Shown: in pieces, positions 1 through 13,720 of the stretch
How positions within the stretch are numbered: position 1 is the first letter of the stretch
How the letters are laid out: each line of letters starts with the position of its first letter
The notes under the pieces: model-generated
Databases searched by the model: none
What the model saw: the letters and a program-made list of their open reading frames with translations, nothing else
Told to the model about the DNA's origin: nothing
Translations under genes and position numbers: made by a program
NCBI GenBank assembly: GCA_029953675.1
Contig: JAMWBK010000004.1
Span: 1,550,001 to 1,614,000 of the forward strand
Source of the DNA: Rhodosorus marinus CCMP1338
Taxonomy: Eukaryota; Plantae; Rhodophyta
Reading direction: 5' to 3'
Length of the DNA: 64,000 bases

Positions 1-704
1 CATCTTCACAGCTAGTGGATCCACCTCGGATGGGAATTTTATTGCCTGTCTGCTCTTCTAAAATCAGAGTCATCATCCACAGAAAAAAAAACAATTCACC
101 TCCCTCCGTCCCATCCCACATCCACAACTCGATAAAAAATTCCACACCAGAAACCCCCTTTTCAAAACCATCGATATTTCTTCATCTAAAAAACACTTCC
201 CTCAACCACTCATCCCTGGTTATTGACCTCTCAGCGCTGCAAAATCATTATCTGTATATAGGGGGGGGTAATTGCTGACCATGCTGATCATCAAACTAAA
301 ATTTTTCAGGGGTATTAAAAAGCTTAAACATAGAATTTAGGATAATAATAATAATATTTTAAAAATATGTATATGGGGGGTTTAGATTACATTGATGTTC
401 CGGAGATATTTCTTTAAGGGTGGGTAGATATTGATCGATCCTGAAAATGGATATTGGGGAATAGCGTGCTTGCTTGCGAAGTTCAGAAGTCTGTTGGTGG
501 GAAGGGTGGGGAGAGGGTGGGGAGGGGGAGGGAGGGGTTTGGAGACCTTGAAATGTATGGAAGGGGATGTAGGAGCAACTATGTGTTTTAGGGATAGCGA
601 AGAAAGTGTATGAGAAAGGAAAGCTTCTGAAATGTGAGGCTGAAGTTTGTTTTTCTGAGGGGGCGGGCGGCGGGAGAGTCTGTCGCTTTTGTTGTTTTTG
701 TTGA

Positions 705-1741
705 ATGGCTTTCTTGAGTAGTCTTAAGCTGGAACCGGCGGCTTTGAAATCTAGGAACCGCTGTGGACATCGGAGGGTTGCAGTAGTTTGTGGGAAGAAG
801 CTTGGTCAGAGCAGTGGTGACAAGCAGGACGGTGATGGTGATAAGAAGGATGCACCCCGTGTGGACGCCAACTCGAGTTTGGGGCTGAAGAGGCAGCTGT
901 GGTTGGTGAAGGAGAATGGAAAGAGAAATTCTGGAGGGCCGTCTCCGGTGATGAGAACTAGCTTTCGAAAAAAGAAGGAGAAGACGAAGACGACGAGTAA
1001 ATCCGCCCTGGACGGTGGCGAGATTGTGGACCTTCCTGACGGAAAATACAACAAACATACCTCTCCAATTCTATTTATTGACGGTTATAATGTTATTGGG
1101 TATTGGCCAAAGTTGAAGAAGAAGCGGGACAAGAACGACCTGTGCGGTGCGAGAAAACTTCTAAACGAGGAAGTGAGTATGTATGGTGGCCTGAGAGGGT
1201 GGGAATGTGTGATTGTTTACGACGCAATGCAGTCTGAGAGTAAGTTTTATCCACTGGAAGTTGTCCGCATGATTTTGTTTTCGATGCTCACTCGGCATTC
1301 AATGTTCAGGAAAGGGTCTGCATATTCAGGTCGAGGACAACATTACCGTAGTGTTCACAGGAAATGACACTGCGGATTCCTATATTGAGTTCAGAACGAA
1401 AGAATGCGCTGAAGAAAATACGCGACAGGTTTGCTCGCAAGAGTACCTTTTGAGCTTGATAAGAACATGGGCTAACCCATAATTTGTACGTCCGCTAGGT
1501 ATGGGCTGCAACAAGTGATTACTTGCAGCAGAAGATGGCTTTCGGAAATGGAGCCCACTTGATGTCTGCGAATCTTCTCGTTCAAGAGCTGAAACGAACG
1601 AAGAAAGAGGCCTCTGTTCAACTTCAGAAGCACAACCAGGATATGGACCGCGACAAAATCGGATTACTCAAGTATGCCTTCAGCGACGAGCAAAGGCAGA
1701 AGTTCCTCGAAGAGTTCGGCGGGGACGAAATCCACTTTTGA
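705..1741 (+). CDS. Plastid-targeted NYN-domain (YacP/Rae1-like) endoribonuclease, 3 exons (705-1239, 1310-1428, 1499-1741)
   Basis: Motifs LFIDGYNVIG, VIVYDA, TADSYIE and VWAATSD join in frame across two 70-nt GT-AG introns; GCTAAC branch site in intron 2; MAFL transit-like N-terminus. Confidence 0.9.
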
Positions 1742-2270
1742 GTTCAGGGTCAACTAACTTAAACATTTCACTTATTTAGTTAACTAAAGAATCGAGTATA
1801 TTGCACAGGCTCCTTCCAGGGCCGTGCTAAAGCAAGCCAATTGCCAAACACCACCTAGAAGCACCTTCAACCGCAGCAGAAAAGACTGTGCTTCCAAGAC
1901 ATTTTGGAAGTCGAGCTCCTGAAAAGCGCTTCCTTGGACTTAGTCACCTATCGCGCTTGAAGGCAGCACGAAACACGCAAACGGGTTTCCTCCTGGCAAA
2001 GGGCATCCTACACGACACCTCGAACTGGGAACAATTTTGCTTTATGTTGCAGATGTGTCAGACAACTGCTTTTAACCTGGGCACCACCTGAAATATGCCT
2101 TCAAATTGAACAAAACTCAAAAAAAGTTAAAAGTCCAGGGCAACCTCTTAATCCCTGGCCTAGAACTCAATGCCATTGAAGAGTACCACAGCCAACTTCA
2201 GATCCGGTGGAACCAGAGCATTCTCTAAGATTCAATATATAATAAATAAAATTCTCCTTCTCTTTCCAGC

Positions 2271-2354
2271 GCAGCGATGGCCGAGTGGTCTAAGGCGGTG
2301 GACTCAAGTTCCACTGGGCGAAAGTCCGCGTGGGTTCGAACCCCACTCGCTGTA
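2271..2354 (+). tRNA. tRNA-Leu(CAA), intronless, long variable arm
   Basis: Acceptor stem GCAGCGA/TCGCTGT; D-loop GCCGAGTGGTCTAAGGC; anticodon arm GTGGA-CTCAAGT-TCCAC; variable arm GGGC-GAAA-GTCC; T-loop GGTTCGAACC; oligo-T about 30 nt downstream. Confidence 0.97.
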
Positions 2355-3415
2355 TACTCTAATATTCCGGAGAATACACCAACACTTTTTTTCGAAAAGA
2401 GAATTTTGACACTCAGAAAATCTTGACTGACTTCAGTCATTCATAGGTTTGGTACGGAAATATTGATAAAAATCTAGTATCCGAGGTGGGACATAGTGCG
2501 GGTTGGATGGAAAACGGCTTGTCCATCGCCATCGACTAAGAAAAGGTTGTCTAGTCCGGTCGGTCATGTGCCTTCTAGCGTAATTTCAACGTATGATTCA
2601 GAACTTTTCATCAGTAGCGGCACCGTTGACGGGACCTGCGGAAGGACGGGATGGCTTGAGCGTTGACTTGGGTCAATCTTCTGCCCTCCGACGAGGAGAC
2701 GTTGCTGCGACAAGAAGTGGAGGGCGAAGCCTTGGATGAAGCCATCAGGGTGTGTACTGATCCTCCCTTTATACTCGTGAAGTGGCCGCAACGCTGCGGA
2801 TTTAGATTAAACCAGAGAACCGCAACCGCGTGGTGCATCAGAGGCATAAAAGAAGTTGGGTCATCTTTCGATAAGGGCCCTCACGAGCACCTGCGTGGCA
2901 GAGATTGGTAATGCTCCCTGCAGTCAGACGCAACGAAACGAAAACGAAAGGCCAATATCGACATCTAGGAGCTTTTCGGATTCTGTAGCGTCGACTGTTT
3001 GCCACTTTGCAAGTAGGCCGAACCGGATGATCACCTTTCAGAACCCGTTCTTGACTCACATACCGTATATCTCAATATATTTTATCAATAATACCGTTTT
3101 CATTCCGAGGCGAAACTAATGTTCATATTGTGGAATAAAATCTAACCACCGATCCGTGTTTACTCGATATACCATGCGGGTATCTTTCTGTAATTCTTTC
3201 TTGAAAAATATACTGTACCTTCAGCCTAAATTATCAATAATACGGCTTTTATTCCCCATGCCAGACGAGTATTCATATTATGAGACGAAATTTGGGAACC
3301 GATCAGTTCTTCAGCGACGTGCATAAGTGCGAAAAAGACGATAAGGTCTAGTTTCTTCGTACTTCAACCAAATCCAGCAAACAAATTCTTATGCCAGGTT
3401 CTTTTTGGAGGGATT

Positions 3416-3479
3416 TTCAGTTTTTTCGAATGATTTGTTCGGAATCTTCATTCCGAACAAATCATTCGAAAAAACTGAA
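3416..3479. repeat. Perfect 30-bp inverted repeat with 4-nt loop
   Basis: TTCAGTTTTTTCGAATGATTTGTTCGGAAT-cttc-ATTCCGAACAAATCATTCGAAAAAACTGAA; arms checked base by base. Confidence 0.97.
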
Positions 3480-5653
3480 TAGTTCTTCAACTATTAAATG
3501 TTCGAGGGGTGAAGGGTTCTTTTTTTAGAAGAATTATTAGGAATTTTGTTAGTTGAACGTGACGGGTAGAATAAAATTACAAAAAAGAGCCCCAATTTCT
3601 CGCGAACTCCTAGCAAAAACGAAAACATTGGCCGTTTCGGGTTGGCCAGAAAATTGGCAAACGTTTTTTTATGTTTTACAGGACCCCCCAAAAAAGCTAT
3701 TTTTCGGTGGACAGGGGTTGAGTCTACACCGATTTAGTCGGGGGGGTAGGATAAGAATTGTTTTCTTCTTGAATTATGCGAGGGGAATAAAGAGATAAGG
3801 AGGAGGAATAGGAGACGGGGGGGGGGGCTACCAAAGAGAACTAATTACCAAACGAGCCCGAACATCGTTTTTGAGTTGAAATGTAGGGGGGGGAGGGGCA
3901 GGGCGACTTTTTAGTTTTCAGAAAAGCACGATTTTTCCCATGAAGAATTTTTATGTGTCGCTTTTTTTTAGGTTGGAATGGATTTTGATGATGCTCACTC
4001 GGATTTCTTCTGGAATTGGAATATGAACTTGCAAAAGGTTTCAAAAAAACAAGCTTGGCATGTATGCCGTCGCCATTGGACAAACTCATTCAGCGTTTCA
4101 ACTCTTTCTTTATCTCTGGAGACGATCGGACCCACAAAACGTATATTTCCAATAAAATCGGGGATCGGGCTGGGCATACCCTAAAATTACTTCGCTATTC
4201 AAAAACATAATTTTGGTCTCATGATTTTTTTAGATTCTTTACTTTAATGATGTTCGTTCTGAAAGTTATTTTAAAAACGAAAAAGGAGAAAACGGAGGAT
4301 ATCTATTGCGGAATACAGATTGCGAACGCCGTTTGGGACGAGTTGGGAGTAAAAAAAATTCCTATCATCTTACGAAAAACTTTCAAGATATTTGTAGGGA
4401 CGGCGTATGTTTGTTTAATAAAATGCAAATAATTAATTATATTGCTGAATATCGCAGGGAGATTCGATCAAATTAAATGCTTCATTGGTGTTTTTTATTC
4501 TTTTTCTTGTAGAAAGTAGTTAATGATTAGTTTGGTAATGCAGCACGAAGGGGGAGTGGGAAAGTCGCTTGGGTGGGTCGAGCTGATCAGATGGGTTAGA
4601 TTCGATTGGCAATTCTTCTGGGGATCGTCGTCGACAAGCTGAATTGAAGAAAGTTTCTGCTCGCATTGGTAGGGATATCCGCATTAGTACCCTGATGATA
4701 CTTTTGAGTTGTGGTTAAGCTAGCCGGCTATTTTATCTCTCCCCAACGTTACTTGGCCTTTTTCACCGGTGCTTATTTCCAGCGAGTGCCTCAATAGCCT
4801 CTGGATTTCGCTCGTACCGAGGTGACCGCTTCTTGTTGCCCACAACAACCGTTGATTCAGAACCCAACTACCCTGAGGAACTATATCATGGAGTTCGATT
4901 TCCGTGTGGACAGTGAATAATTATGTTTCCCTCCAGGTCTGACTTTCTGATGCAACCCACGTCCGTGTCAGCTCTTGATAATCGTCTTTTTGGTCTGTCC
5001 GCACTCTTAAACGCGCAGGCCTCTAGATCGAGATAAGAGCACTGAACTTTCACGCCTAGAGAGCCACTCCAGTTCTTGGTATCGACGGGGTTTTTTGATT
5101 CTGCTGACGGGTGCCAGGAGCTCGCTCGAGTACGCTCACGCGGTCCAACTACGTTTTCGAACTTTTTGCTCATCTTGGCAATGCGGAGCAAACGTGACGA
5201 CGTCCGTGCTTCGTTCAACTTCGGTCCGAAAGGTAGACGAACAAATACATGTCGAGAATTGGAAGAAATGCTGAAAGGCAGCGTTTTCGTGTTGGCTCGA
5301 TAAATCGTTCCCTAACAAGAACCTGCTGGGAGTTGCGACTCTCAGTTGAGAATGTTTCCTGTGAGCCTCAGTGAAGGATTGGATGGATAATGGCAAGTCG
5401 TGTACCTCTTGCTGTAGCTAGTCCAAAAAGCCTTCAGTGAAAAGCCGTTGGTTTTTGACTGCGGGAATCCGGGAGATGTTGAGGAGTGAAATGGTCAGAG
5501 TAGTTCAGATGGATGCTTTCCTTTTAATTCTCGGACGCGAACCCGTCCGAAAAACAGTTATTCGACGTCAACATGCTCCTTGGCTGTACTATACAATACA
5601 TTAAAATACATATATCCCAAATCAGGACTTCTTGTTAGTAATCTCTAGCTACT

Positions 5654-6994
5654 CTACTCAGCCTCAGACGTGTTACGCATAGAAATATCAATAATCGACA
5701 TTGGAGAAGGTGCATCCAATCGAAAAGATCCGGACCCACTCCCCGAGCTGAATTCACACACGCGGCGTTGGAAGGTCATCAAGAACATGGTCCCAAGCTG
5801 CACCTTCCTCCACAGCATTTTCGGCGACTTGGACGGGGACATAACACGGTGAGCATTGGGCGCAAACCACTTATGAAACATCGCGGTCCTGGCGGTCAGC
5901 CTCTTATGCGGACGGCCATTAATTAGGGATCTCACAAGGCTTACGGCTTCTGCAGAAATAAACTTAAACTCTCTCCCAAAGTCAATGTCCACGCTCAGGG
6001 TTTTCGCAATAATCTGCTCATTTGAACCCCAGAACGGCTTCTTGCCGGACAGCAAAATAAATAAGACTACACCGCAAGCCCATAAATCAACGGCATACGT
6101 GTGCGACTGATTCAAAATGATCTCCGGCGCCATGTACCCGACCGTCCCTCCGCTAGCTTTCATTCCTCTATCCGCAACCACAATTTCACCGTCCGAAACC
6201 TCCTCGGCAAGCCCAAAGTCTGTCAAAGCTATGGTGAATTTGTCGCCACCCCGCCTCAAAATATTTTCTGGCTTCACGTCTCGATGAACTATGCCCTGCG
6301 AATGCAAATAATGAAGAGACGCGAAAAGCTGTCTCATCACCGTTCTCGCTTTTTCCTCAGATAGCGGTCCAGATGCATTTATGAAATCCAGCATGTCTCC
6401 TCCGCGAAGTAGTTCCATGACAATTGACACAGTAGACTCCTCCTCATCAATAAAAATGTCATGTACTTTCACAATATTCGGATGAGCTATTCTAGGAAGT
6501 AGCTCAATCTCCTTGAAAATTAAATGCATCTCATGGGGTGCTCTGTTCTTCACATTAATTACTTTCACCGCCACCTCCTCGCCTGAAGTACTTTTCGCTC
6601 TCACTACGGATCCAAAACCACCTCTTCCGATCTCCCGACCCAGAGCATAATGACGGTCAACTTGCCAGTTACAAGCGTAACGCAGCCTCGCCACCCAAAC
6701 CTCATAATCCTCAGTCTTCGGCACCGTAAAGGAAAGCATTTTTTTCCCAGTGTTATTATTATAGATTAGGACGTGCCCGCGCCTCTTTCCCTTCACGCAG
6801 GAATGGTTGAGAAGGTTCAACGCTCCTTTTCCAGGATCGTCTCTGTTCCTCTTACATTCCAGCACGGTTGTCTGCAGAGACAAGAAACGAGCAGTATTCC
6901 CAAGCCTAATACCATCCAGCACAACCTGCCCGTCCATATTCTCCGGTGGCGGATGTCTTAAGACACCCGGTCCACAACTGTGCACGACTGTCAT
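5654..6994 (-). CDS. Intronless CAMK-group Ser/Thr protein kinase with an N-terminal PH-like region
   Basis: 446-aa ORF from ATG with GRGGFGSV, VAVK, HRDVKPEN, DFG, GTVGYMAPE and DLWACGV. N-terminal 'F.....EDYEVWVARL' resembles a PH-domain C-terminal helix. Confidence 0.95.
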   Translation of the reverse strand: MTVVHSCGPGVLRHPPPENMDGQVVLDGIRLGNTARFLSLQTTVLECKRNRDDPGKGALNLLNHSCVKGKRRGHVLIYNNNTGKKMLSFTVPKTEDYEVWVARLRYACNWQVDRHYALGREIGRGGFGSVVRAKSTSGEEVAVKVINVKNRAPHEMHLIFKEIELLPRIAHPNIVKVHDIFIDEEESTVSIVMELLRGGDMLDFINASGPLSEEKARTVMRQLFASLHYLHSQGIVHRDVKPENILRRGGDKFTIALTDFGLAEEVSDGEIVVADRGMKASGGTVGYMAPEIILNQSHTYAVDLWACGVVLFILLSGKKPFWGSNEQIIAKTLSVDIDFGREFKFISAEAVSLVRSLINGRPHKRLTARTAMFHKWFAPNAHRVMSPSKSPKMLWRKVQLGTMFLMTFQRRVCEFSSGSGSGSFRLDAPSPMSIIDISMRNTSEAE

Positions 6995-9900
6995 CGTGCA
7001 CGCTTCCCCTCTTCCCTCACCACTCTAACGCGTTCCAAAGCAACCACCTACCCATTCATTATCATTGTTCCCCGCCATCCCGATTATCTTTTTCTCCTAC
7101 TACTTCCTCACAAACCCATCGCGGAGTAGTAGTATTCCCAGTCCGACAATTAAAGCTTCTTCCGAAAAAATATTCAAAGTCCACAGACACACTCGTCGCT
7201 CTTCTCGGCTTCAATCCAGGAGGGATTCCTCAGCATCTCCCAGCATCCCCACCGATACCCCTCTCCAGGCAGTCTTCGGCGATTCTAAACCCTTCACCTC
7301 CTGAAAACTCCCCGTGAACACAGGCCTTCATTCCTTATTACAGAGACTGGTTTCCAGAAACATACCAAAAACCCCAAATATTGCCGAAACAATCCATACA
7401 GAAGCCCCTCTAAACCTCGATCCTCCCCCTCCCAACCCCCCTTTTTCCGGAAAACCGAATCATCCGCGGAAAAAAATACATGCAAATCCATCGGAAATGC
7501 AACTTTTCAGTTATCAGAGGAGGGGGGCAACTCGTTGCATAGTAGACAACACAATGCGTTTCCCCACCGCCCCCCCCCCGTTCCCTCTTTTCCAGGATCA
7601 AAACATGTTGAAAGTGGAATAAAATTTCAACAATCGAAAATCCGCGCACATTTTTCCCTTGCTTCTGACTTCCGCCCTCCTCCACACCCCCGGGGTTACG
7701 ATACTAGATCTGTAGTTTTCAATAAATTTAACTGAAATTCTGGGTGTTCCTATCATTTTCGCAACAAGAGATCGCACCCCCTTCCACTCCAAAGGAGAAA
7801 AACAATGGGAAACAGGGCTCATCTTGGGCATAACAACAAATTACAAAAAAACGGGGGAAACGTCTAGAATAACAATATAAGGGGGTGAAAAGTTATGACA
7901 GTTTGGATTGTGGGTTGGCAGATGGCGGTAAAAACTATGCCCCAGTCGCTGCACTATAATTTACAACCGCCCGGAAATCAATCCTTTCAACAGCCTCCAG
8001 AATGAGATTTCATTGAAGAATATAAAGGGTGTATGTCTGTGTGCATACGTGTGGAGAGTGGCTGATTTCCACCGAGTAGATCAAAGCTTTGGAGCACGAA
8101 ATCTTTTCAGGGAAGTAGACCGTTTACATTCTCATCAAGTTTATACTAATTTATTCAAATAATTACAGATTTATCAAAGGTCGTTCCTAGGCAGCGGATT
8201 ATTGCCATGAGGGGTGGGAATGGTATATACCACCACTCGCGTCAACCCATATTCCGATGCCGAGTCTAGACCGTCATCGCACCCCCTTCTTTTCCTTTTT
8301 AGTTTGCTGCCGGGTTTCTCTTCCTCTTACCTTGAATCAAATTATTTCCATAAGACATACCTCGGTCTGTCACGTGCATGTTTCTCTTGCACAAAATGAG
8401 TGAGACATTTCTTCGCAAAAGTAAATACACATCGAGAATCCGCACTACTACCCCCCCCCTACCCTTACTTTTTTCCTAGATCCAACAAATCCCCTCAGAG
8501 GATGGCGACCAAAGGGATCGGTAAATTGTGGAAGCCTAATGTTCCGCTGAAATAGCAACCCGAACGACTTGTTTTTTCAAGTGTGCTAGAAGGAGAGGAG
8601 GGTTCATGCGACTTAATGAAAATGAAGAATTTTAGAGGATGCGCAAGACAAAGAAGAAATATGAATAGTGTCCTTCTCTGTCAAAAAAATTTTGGGTTGG
8701 TCCGCAGATGATCATCCAATCAGCATCTCTCAATACTAAGGATAAAAATATTTTCAGAGACGGAAGGTGAACACTCTGAGTGATTGGCCAAGAGACTATT
8801 TTTTCTCTTCCTCTTTTTTTCTTTTTTTCAGGTTTCGTCTTTTTTCAAAGTATTTAGCTTTATTTTTTGGCATTGTCAAAAGTTCTTTATTAGGAGAACG
8901 TAAAGGTGTTTCAGAAGGTGGGAGAACTCGTCCTCAAGTGCGGCCCCAAAATTTTCTTGATGGATCAAATATATGATTGGTTGTTTGAATATATAATTTC
9001 ATAGATTCCAACTGTTTGTTTTTTTTTTAAAAAGCGGATATTCTTGTCCAACGCACAGAGACAAGGTTCCGTCTCGAAACCCCAATCTCTGAATTCACCC
9101 ACAAACCATCCTCTCCGGGCCTCTTTGGGAGTGTATGCAAATCTGCCTCTTTGCGGACGAGTAATCGCATCGCGCCCAGCGGAAAGTATTGGAAATTCAA
9201 CTGAATATCATCTCTCGCAAGAACCAGGTTCCCATAAACTGGATGGAGTCAGATATGGTTGGTCCAAATATTGTAGTTGCACTTCCAGTGCGTTCCCTGA
9301 TATTTCAGAAAAAAGTATTTTTTCGTCGTAATTCTTGTTTGTGAGGCCTAAAGTTGTTTATATATAGCCTTTTTAGGAAACTTCTAGGATTGGAGTCCAT
9401 TTTTGGCAGACAAGCGCCGCAGCTTTTGACTTCCAGGCTAAATACTTTTTTCGCCAAGATGAAGACTTTTGGTTGGTCGGCAGCGTTGGAGGATTTTTTT
9501 TTCCCCTTTTTGATTCGGACACGTGGCCTCTATTATTCTTAAACTTGAAGACGGGGGTGAAAATACTTGTCGTTGAAAATAATTAGAAATATCCGCGGTT
9601 ACTAGGAATTGATTAACTATTCATCCCTTTTCCGGAAAATCTTGGCAATATTGAATTGTTTCCAATCATCAATCAAAAACGTCAGCGGTGTTTCCAAGCC
9701 TCTCTGACCAAATCCAATATAAAGTGGCTTCTTCCTAAGGAAGGCCAACATTTGCTTGTTTTCATTAAAGTATGATTGGTTTTTAAAGACACTTGTTGTC
9801 TGATGTCTTGATGCATACATGATGTTTGCTTGCCTTTGTTTGTCTTATTCCCATTTAGGAGGCGCGAGTTGGCGAAGGTATATGGTGCTTTGCAGGTGGT

Positions 9901-11671
9901 GGTCATGACCCATTTTCGAATTTTGTTTTTTTGGGGGGAGGAGGGGGAAAGGGAAGTTCTTGTTTTGAACATGGTTGCATCAGTTCGTGCCTAATAAATG
10001 TCTCGTGGCTCCTTTTGGCACGAAGGGAGAGGGGAAGGAAATGTATGGTTTGCATGGGGTGCGCCTGGTCAACGGTTATGACCGCAAAAAAAATTAGATA
10101 TCGTCTGCTTCCTCTTAGGATTCAAGTATTTGGGTCCAAAGCCCTTAAAAGACGTTTTGTTCAGTCCACTGATATATTTTTGGTCGTTAATTCTTGCAGT
10201 GTCTCACACGAGCAGCTGTCAGTAATCGGCACGCCCCCTTTCTTTTTTTGAATAGGGTGTGGTGTTGCTCCACTTGTACTCCCGCGCGGACGTGGTCGCC
10301 AATTAGCTCACAAGTATGAATCGTGGATGGCGATTAGTGCGTCTCCGACTAGTGACGCCACTATCAGGGGACTCGGTTCTAGTGGGCGATTCGGCTGGCC
10401 CCGAGCAAAGGAGGCCAACCGGGGGGGTGTTTCCGACGCCCAACGACACTAGACAAGAAAAAGTATTTGGTGACCATTTGCCATGTGGATGTGAAGGGGA
10501 TTCCAAAGCTGTGGGTATTTGCTTCCAATCGAAGGTTATGAAAAGAATACCGTTTCCTTTGAGATGTACCCTGTTGGAACCCCTGCTGGTACAAAGGAAA
10601 CTGCGCTTGTGCAAAGAACAACTTCGGAAACCATCGACTGACACAGTCGCGGAATCCATTTTCATCCTCAATCGCTTGGCTCCCCCTGGCTCCGCTTCCC
10701 GTCTGGACAGAAGTGGTGTGACCTTTTTGAGATTCGAAACACCTCAAACAGACACCGATATGAGTTTCCATGACAACCTCAGCGGTCTGAAGCAGCTTTT
10801 TAGTTTTGATACATGAGGTTTGGAGAAAATATCTTCCTATGCCAAGTTGGTTTCTCGCGACGAACAGCAATATGCGAGTGGAACTGAGCGGGAGCTAATC
10901 CATGTTTCGCGAGCCCGTCATTTAGAGATCGGCGTCCTAGTGCCCCATGTTGCCATCATAAAAAGATCTGTTCTGCCAGAAATGCCGTGTCCTTGGCAAG
11001 GACGAGTTGGACGATGGCGTGGGCAGGGTTGTGTGCAGTCTTTGGTGACAACGGGCCAATCCAGAGACAACCGAGCCAAACCTAACACGCTGTCCCGTCA
11101 CCGCCCTGTAGTGCCTATCTACGCCTAACTTGAGCTTGCACAGTTGCGGTTTTAGCGCAATCATACTTCTCTGACGTCAGGTTTGTCCAGCCTTTATCAG
11201 AGGCGAAAAAAACAAGTCAGAATGAATGGTTTGCTGCATCACCCTTTAATCCCAAATCCCAAGGAAAAACGTTTAACGCTGCTTCCATCCTACCGGACAA
11301 TTCCAAAAAGCGGTGTGCCTATCATACAGCCTTGTGTCAATACACATTTCCAAGTATGTGTTCCGATTCGCTCCACGGAGAAGTTGTCGCCGTTCAACCA
11401 AAAATAATAGAAGATTATATGCTGTTCCTTAAACACGGTCCGATTTTAGGAAAAAACAGCCCTTGCTCATTGTCGTTTCGTCGCTAAGCGCTCGAAATTT
11501 GCGAAACTCTTCCAAAATATGGACATCAATACATTGTTCTCCTAAAATAGGTATCTAGAACCATGAGCGGGCTACATCGTCTTCGTTGGTGAGCGGGGTC
11601 CAGGCAACTTCTTCACTTTGGAAGTGAGCATTGGGCCCGTTGCATGCATCACAATTGCTCTTTTCTCTTAC

Positions 11672-12172
11672 TTCAGCTTTGTCAAGCCAAAAGTTCATGG
11701 AACGGGTCTTCGTGGGACCGTGATTGAGAGAATGACCTCTTCGGGTAGGATCACTGTGAAGTTGGTTCCTAGGCATCGAATTTTTCACTCGCATTTCACG
11801 GCATGAAGCGATTCCGGTGAAAAAGGTTGAATAAATCATATGGGATTGCCTGACGGCCAATGTTAACGGCATGGTGACGCCGGAGAAGAAATGAAACGGA
11901 AATCGTGAGGGGGCAAGCGCCACCACCACCCACAGTACCACTGATTTTGCTTCTCTACCCATTCATTCCACGACGCTGCGACACAATCAAGCTCGTAGAG
12001 CAAATCTCAGATGCTTCACGTGCAGGAGAGAAGCGAGTCCTTCCTTCCGCAGCTGAGAGATGGAGCACTTTGAGATCCAATTGTTCAAATTGCTTCTTGA
12101 GCTCAGTGGGAACGAGAGCAAGATGGGTCACGGGCATGCCCCAATTAAGGTTGGAAGGCCCTCCCGCAATGC
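11672..12172 (-). CDS. Two internal exons of a putative uncharacterised spliced gene (12172-11959, 11849-11672); ends not resolved
   Basis: Acceptor ttttacag, donor gtagag, acceptor gccgtcag and donor gtaaga keep one open frame (IAGGPSNLNWGMPVTHLAL...GQSHMIYSTFFTG...WLDKAE). No recognisable family. Confidence 0.35.
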
Positions 12173-13162
12173 CTGTAAAACTTCAATGTGCCTCGCTTGA
12201 TTTCGAGGCACATTCGGGGCATTATCGCTTTGGGGCATGCCGATTATATAAATTTATTCTGTATATTCATGAAAAAGGCCCCCAGGCTACATCCTTTATA
12301 TTTGAGCTAAAATACAACATATTAGAAATACGACATGCCATCCGGCTAGCTAATTGCAAAGCGTTTTTGACGCGAATGCATGATCCTAGTCAATCTAGAC
12401 AGGTAGTGGTACGATATTCGTTGATTTTCTAAGCAATCCTTACAATTCTGCACCTCGGGTTTGTACCCTCAATTCCAACCTCGAATCGCGTAATCGGCAA
12501 TGGATGGAGAACCCCTCTTGAGGTAGAAAATACGAGGTGTTTCTTCTGGTCGACCCTCGATTCCGTTGCAGAACACCTGTTTTTTTTTATGGCGAGGACC
12601 TCGATTCCACTACAGCCGAGAGAATTCAATTACTGCTTATTACCCCCATGAACACCACCATTTTTATGTAGAAGAATATCAGTGTCTACCTTGCACAATA
12701 TCCTCGATTCCAGCTCGCCTTCCTGGTGGTTATTTTCTGGGTTACTACCCGGTGTTGCTATTTACCAGCGCGGTAATTCTTTCTTCGGGTCCATACCTAA
12801 ATATATCAAAGGTCATTCGTATGGTGAAGAAAACTTGAATCACCCCCATTAAGCATGAATTCTTGGAGCGAAATTCACGGACATAGCAGCAGTCATACAA
12901 CTCCTATAGCATCTACTCGTCGACACCTACCCCCGAAAGGCCACCACCTTGCGAAGCCGCATCTCTGACGAGGTTTGCGCGCCTCAGCAGCAGGATTTTG
13001 GTACATGTAGGGGCCTGTTTGGGGCCTCAGAATCCGGACGAGCCGGTTGGAATCGAGAATATGGCTTGCTGCGGTGGCAATGGGGCCACGCCCCGGCCCT
13101 ACCTTACTTGAACTGAACCATGCAGGAATTTCAAATTTGAAAGCAGCGTTGCGGTGCCCTAT

Positions 13163-13657
13163 AAGGGAGAACTAGTCCGCTTTTTGTATTCACTGGCTTT
13201 ATTAGCATAGCCTACAGCGCTACGCAAACCGTGAAAAGGAACTAAGAACTAGGTAGGGAAGCGTTCAAACCCAGGCGCCGATGGCGCGCCTCGGCAAGCA
13301 TGCTGCTCGAATATCGCCACAGAGAGACACATAAGCGCCGCAAAAGTTCCAAGTATTCAACAGGATGCTCAGTGAAACATTTCCGCAACCACTCCAAACC
13401 CGACTTCTCCACGTGACCAAAGCTTTCCACAATGAAAGGCTGGAACCGGTGGGAGCGACCCTCAGCGCGAGGCAGGCTGGCCATACTCTCAGCATACCGT
13501 CGTTCCTTCACGCGGCGAAGGGCCGAAGCAGCCGCTCCCCGGCGGCGGGCGGCAGCCGTGAGATGGGCGCTTGCCACAGGGCATGTAATCGCGAGGTCAA
13601 CATATGCTGAGCGTCTGGCGGCAGCATCGGAGACGAGGAGATCTGCGATACAGCGGG
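13163..13657 (-). mobile_element. 5'-truncated non-LTR retrotransposon fragment encoding a restriction-like endonuclease (RLE; CRE/NeSL/R2-type)
   Basis: Frame reads IADLLV...YVDLAITCP...A...KERRY...FQPFIVESFG, the PD-(D/E)xK RLE pattern at the C-terminus of RLE-clade ORFs. Stop at 13242, then AATAAA and a short A-run. A 12-bp direct repeat GCGGTGCCCTAT flanks it (13151-13162, 13658-13669). Confidence 0.85.
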
Positions 13658-13720
13658 GCGGTGCCCTATCCGAGACGGATTCACTTGCTTAGGATCTCCC
13701 TATGAATGACAGATGTTCGC

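Noticed and set aside
12185-12214. 11-bp inverted repeat AATGTGCCTCG/CGAGGCACATT
   Set aside because: A single short hairpin, probably intronic, with no supporting context.
12900-13140. GC-rich stretch beside the retroelement considered as an HDV-like or hammerhead ribozyme
   Set aside because: Lies on the 3' side of the element and I could not identify the conserved core.
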